Below the pieces are notes generated by a model, which was not told where the DNA came from, searched no databases, and worked only from the letters and a program-made list of their open reading frames with translations. Below, in pieces: positions 24,965 to 24,981 of a stretch of DNA of 24,981 nucleotides. Source of the stretch: a bacterium (GTDB taxonomy: Bacteria > Moduliflexota > Moduliflexia > Moduliflexales > JAUQPW01). The stretch covers positions 1 to 24,981 of the forward strand of contig JAUQPW010000089.1 of NCBI GenBank assembly GCA_030550175.1. Reading direction: 5' to 3'. Within the stretch, counting starts at the first letter, position 1. Each line of letters opens with the position of its first letter. Position numbers and translations under genes: made by a program.

Positions 24965-24981
24965 GGGACGGCGAACAGGTG

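Noticed and set aside
1-24981. Mobile element, prophage or genomic island
   Set aside because: No integrase, transposase, recombinase, phage structural gene or tRNA attachment site is recognisable. The gene content is housekeeping or accessory metabolism.

Overview
This reads as ordinary bacterial chromosome with moderate GC. I see no integrase, transposase, CRISPR array, rRNA or tRNA. I resolve 18 protein-coding genes, nearly all recognisable by motif.

The coding content, in order:
- A CheA-like histidine kinase on the minus strand, carrying an unusual N-terminal domain that looks like a cytoplasmic NMT1/SsuA-type substrate-binding domain plus a fused CheW domain, followed by a CheY-like receiver.
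- An archaeal-type myo-inositol-1-phosphate synthase.
- A secreted S8 subtilase with an I9 propeptide, fused to a C-terminal five-helix membrane domain.
- A DUF697-like protein ending in a SHOCT domain.
- An emrA-emrB (HlyD plus DHA2 MFS) efflux pair preceded by an L,D-transpeptidase.
- A cytoplasmic clostripain-like (C11) peptidase.
- A classic family-1 encapsulin operon: an encapsulated ferritin-like cargo whose C-terminus carries a TVGSLK targeting motif, then the shell gene.
- A divergently transcribed secreted DUF3105-like His/Cys-rich protein.
- An HpcH/HpaI aldolase and SDR pair, argG, canonical smc, a patatin-like phospholipase directly downstream of smc, and a convergent MacroD/YmdB-type macro domain gene that meets the window edge.

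The non-coding sequence is more unusual than the genes. A dispersed, strand-asymmetric repeat family (tandem ACTCCCA-like octamers, C-rich on the plus strand) sits at three gene 3' ends; one copy is an inverted pair forming a long hairpin. Three further intergenic hairpins are each built from a different tandem heptamer, and two of them overlap the start regions of emrA and emrB. There is also a 677-nt gene-free, structured divergent intergenic region.

The ORF track uses alternative start codons, so several reported Met starts are GTG or TTG; I refined these where I could. I cannot point to a fully novel multi-gene system with confidence. The strongest candidates for follow-up are the SBP-CheA fusion, the subtilase-membrane-domain fusion, the repeat and hairpin families around the efflux pump, the patatin/macro neighbourhood, and the C11 peptidase and DUF3105 genes flanking the encapsulin operon.
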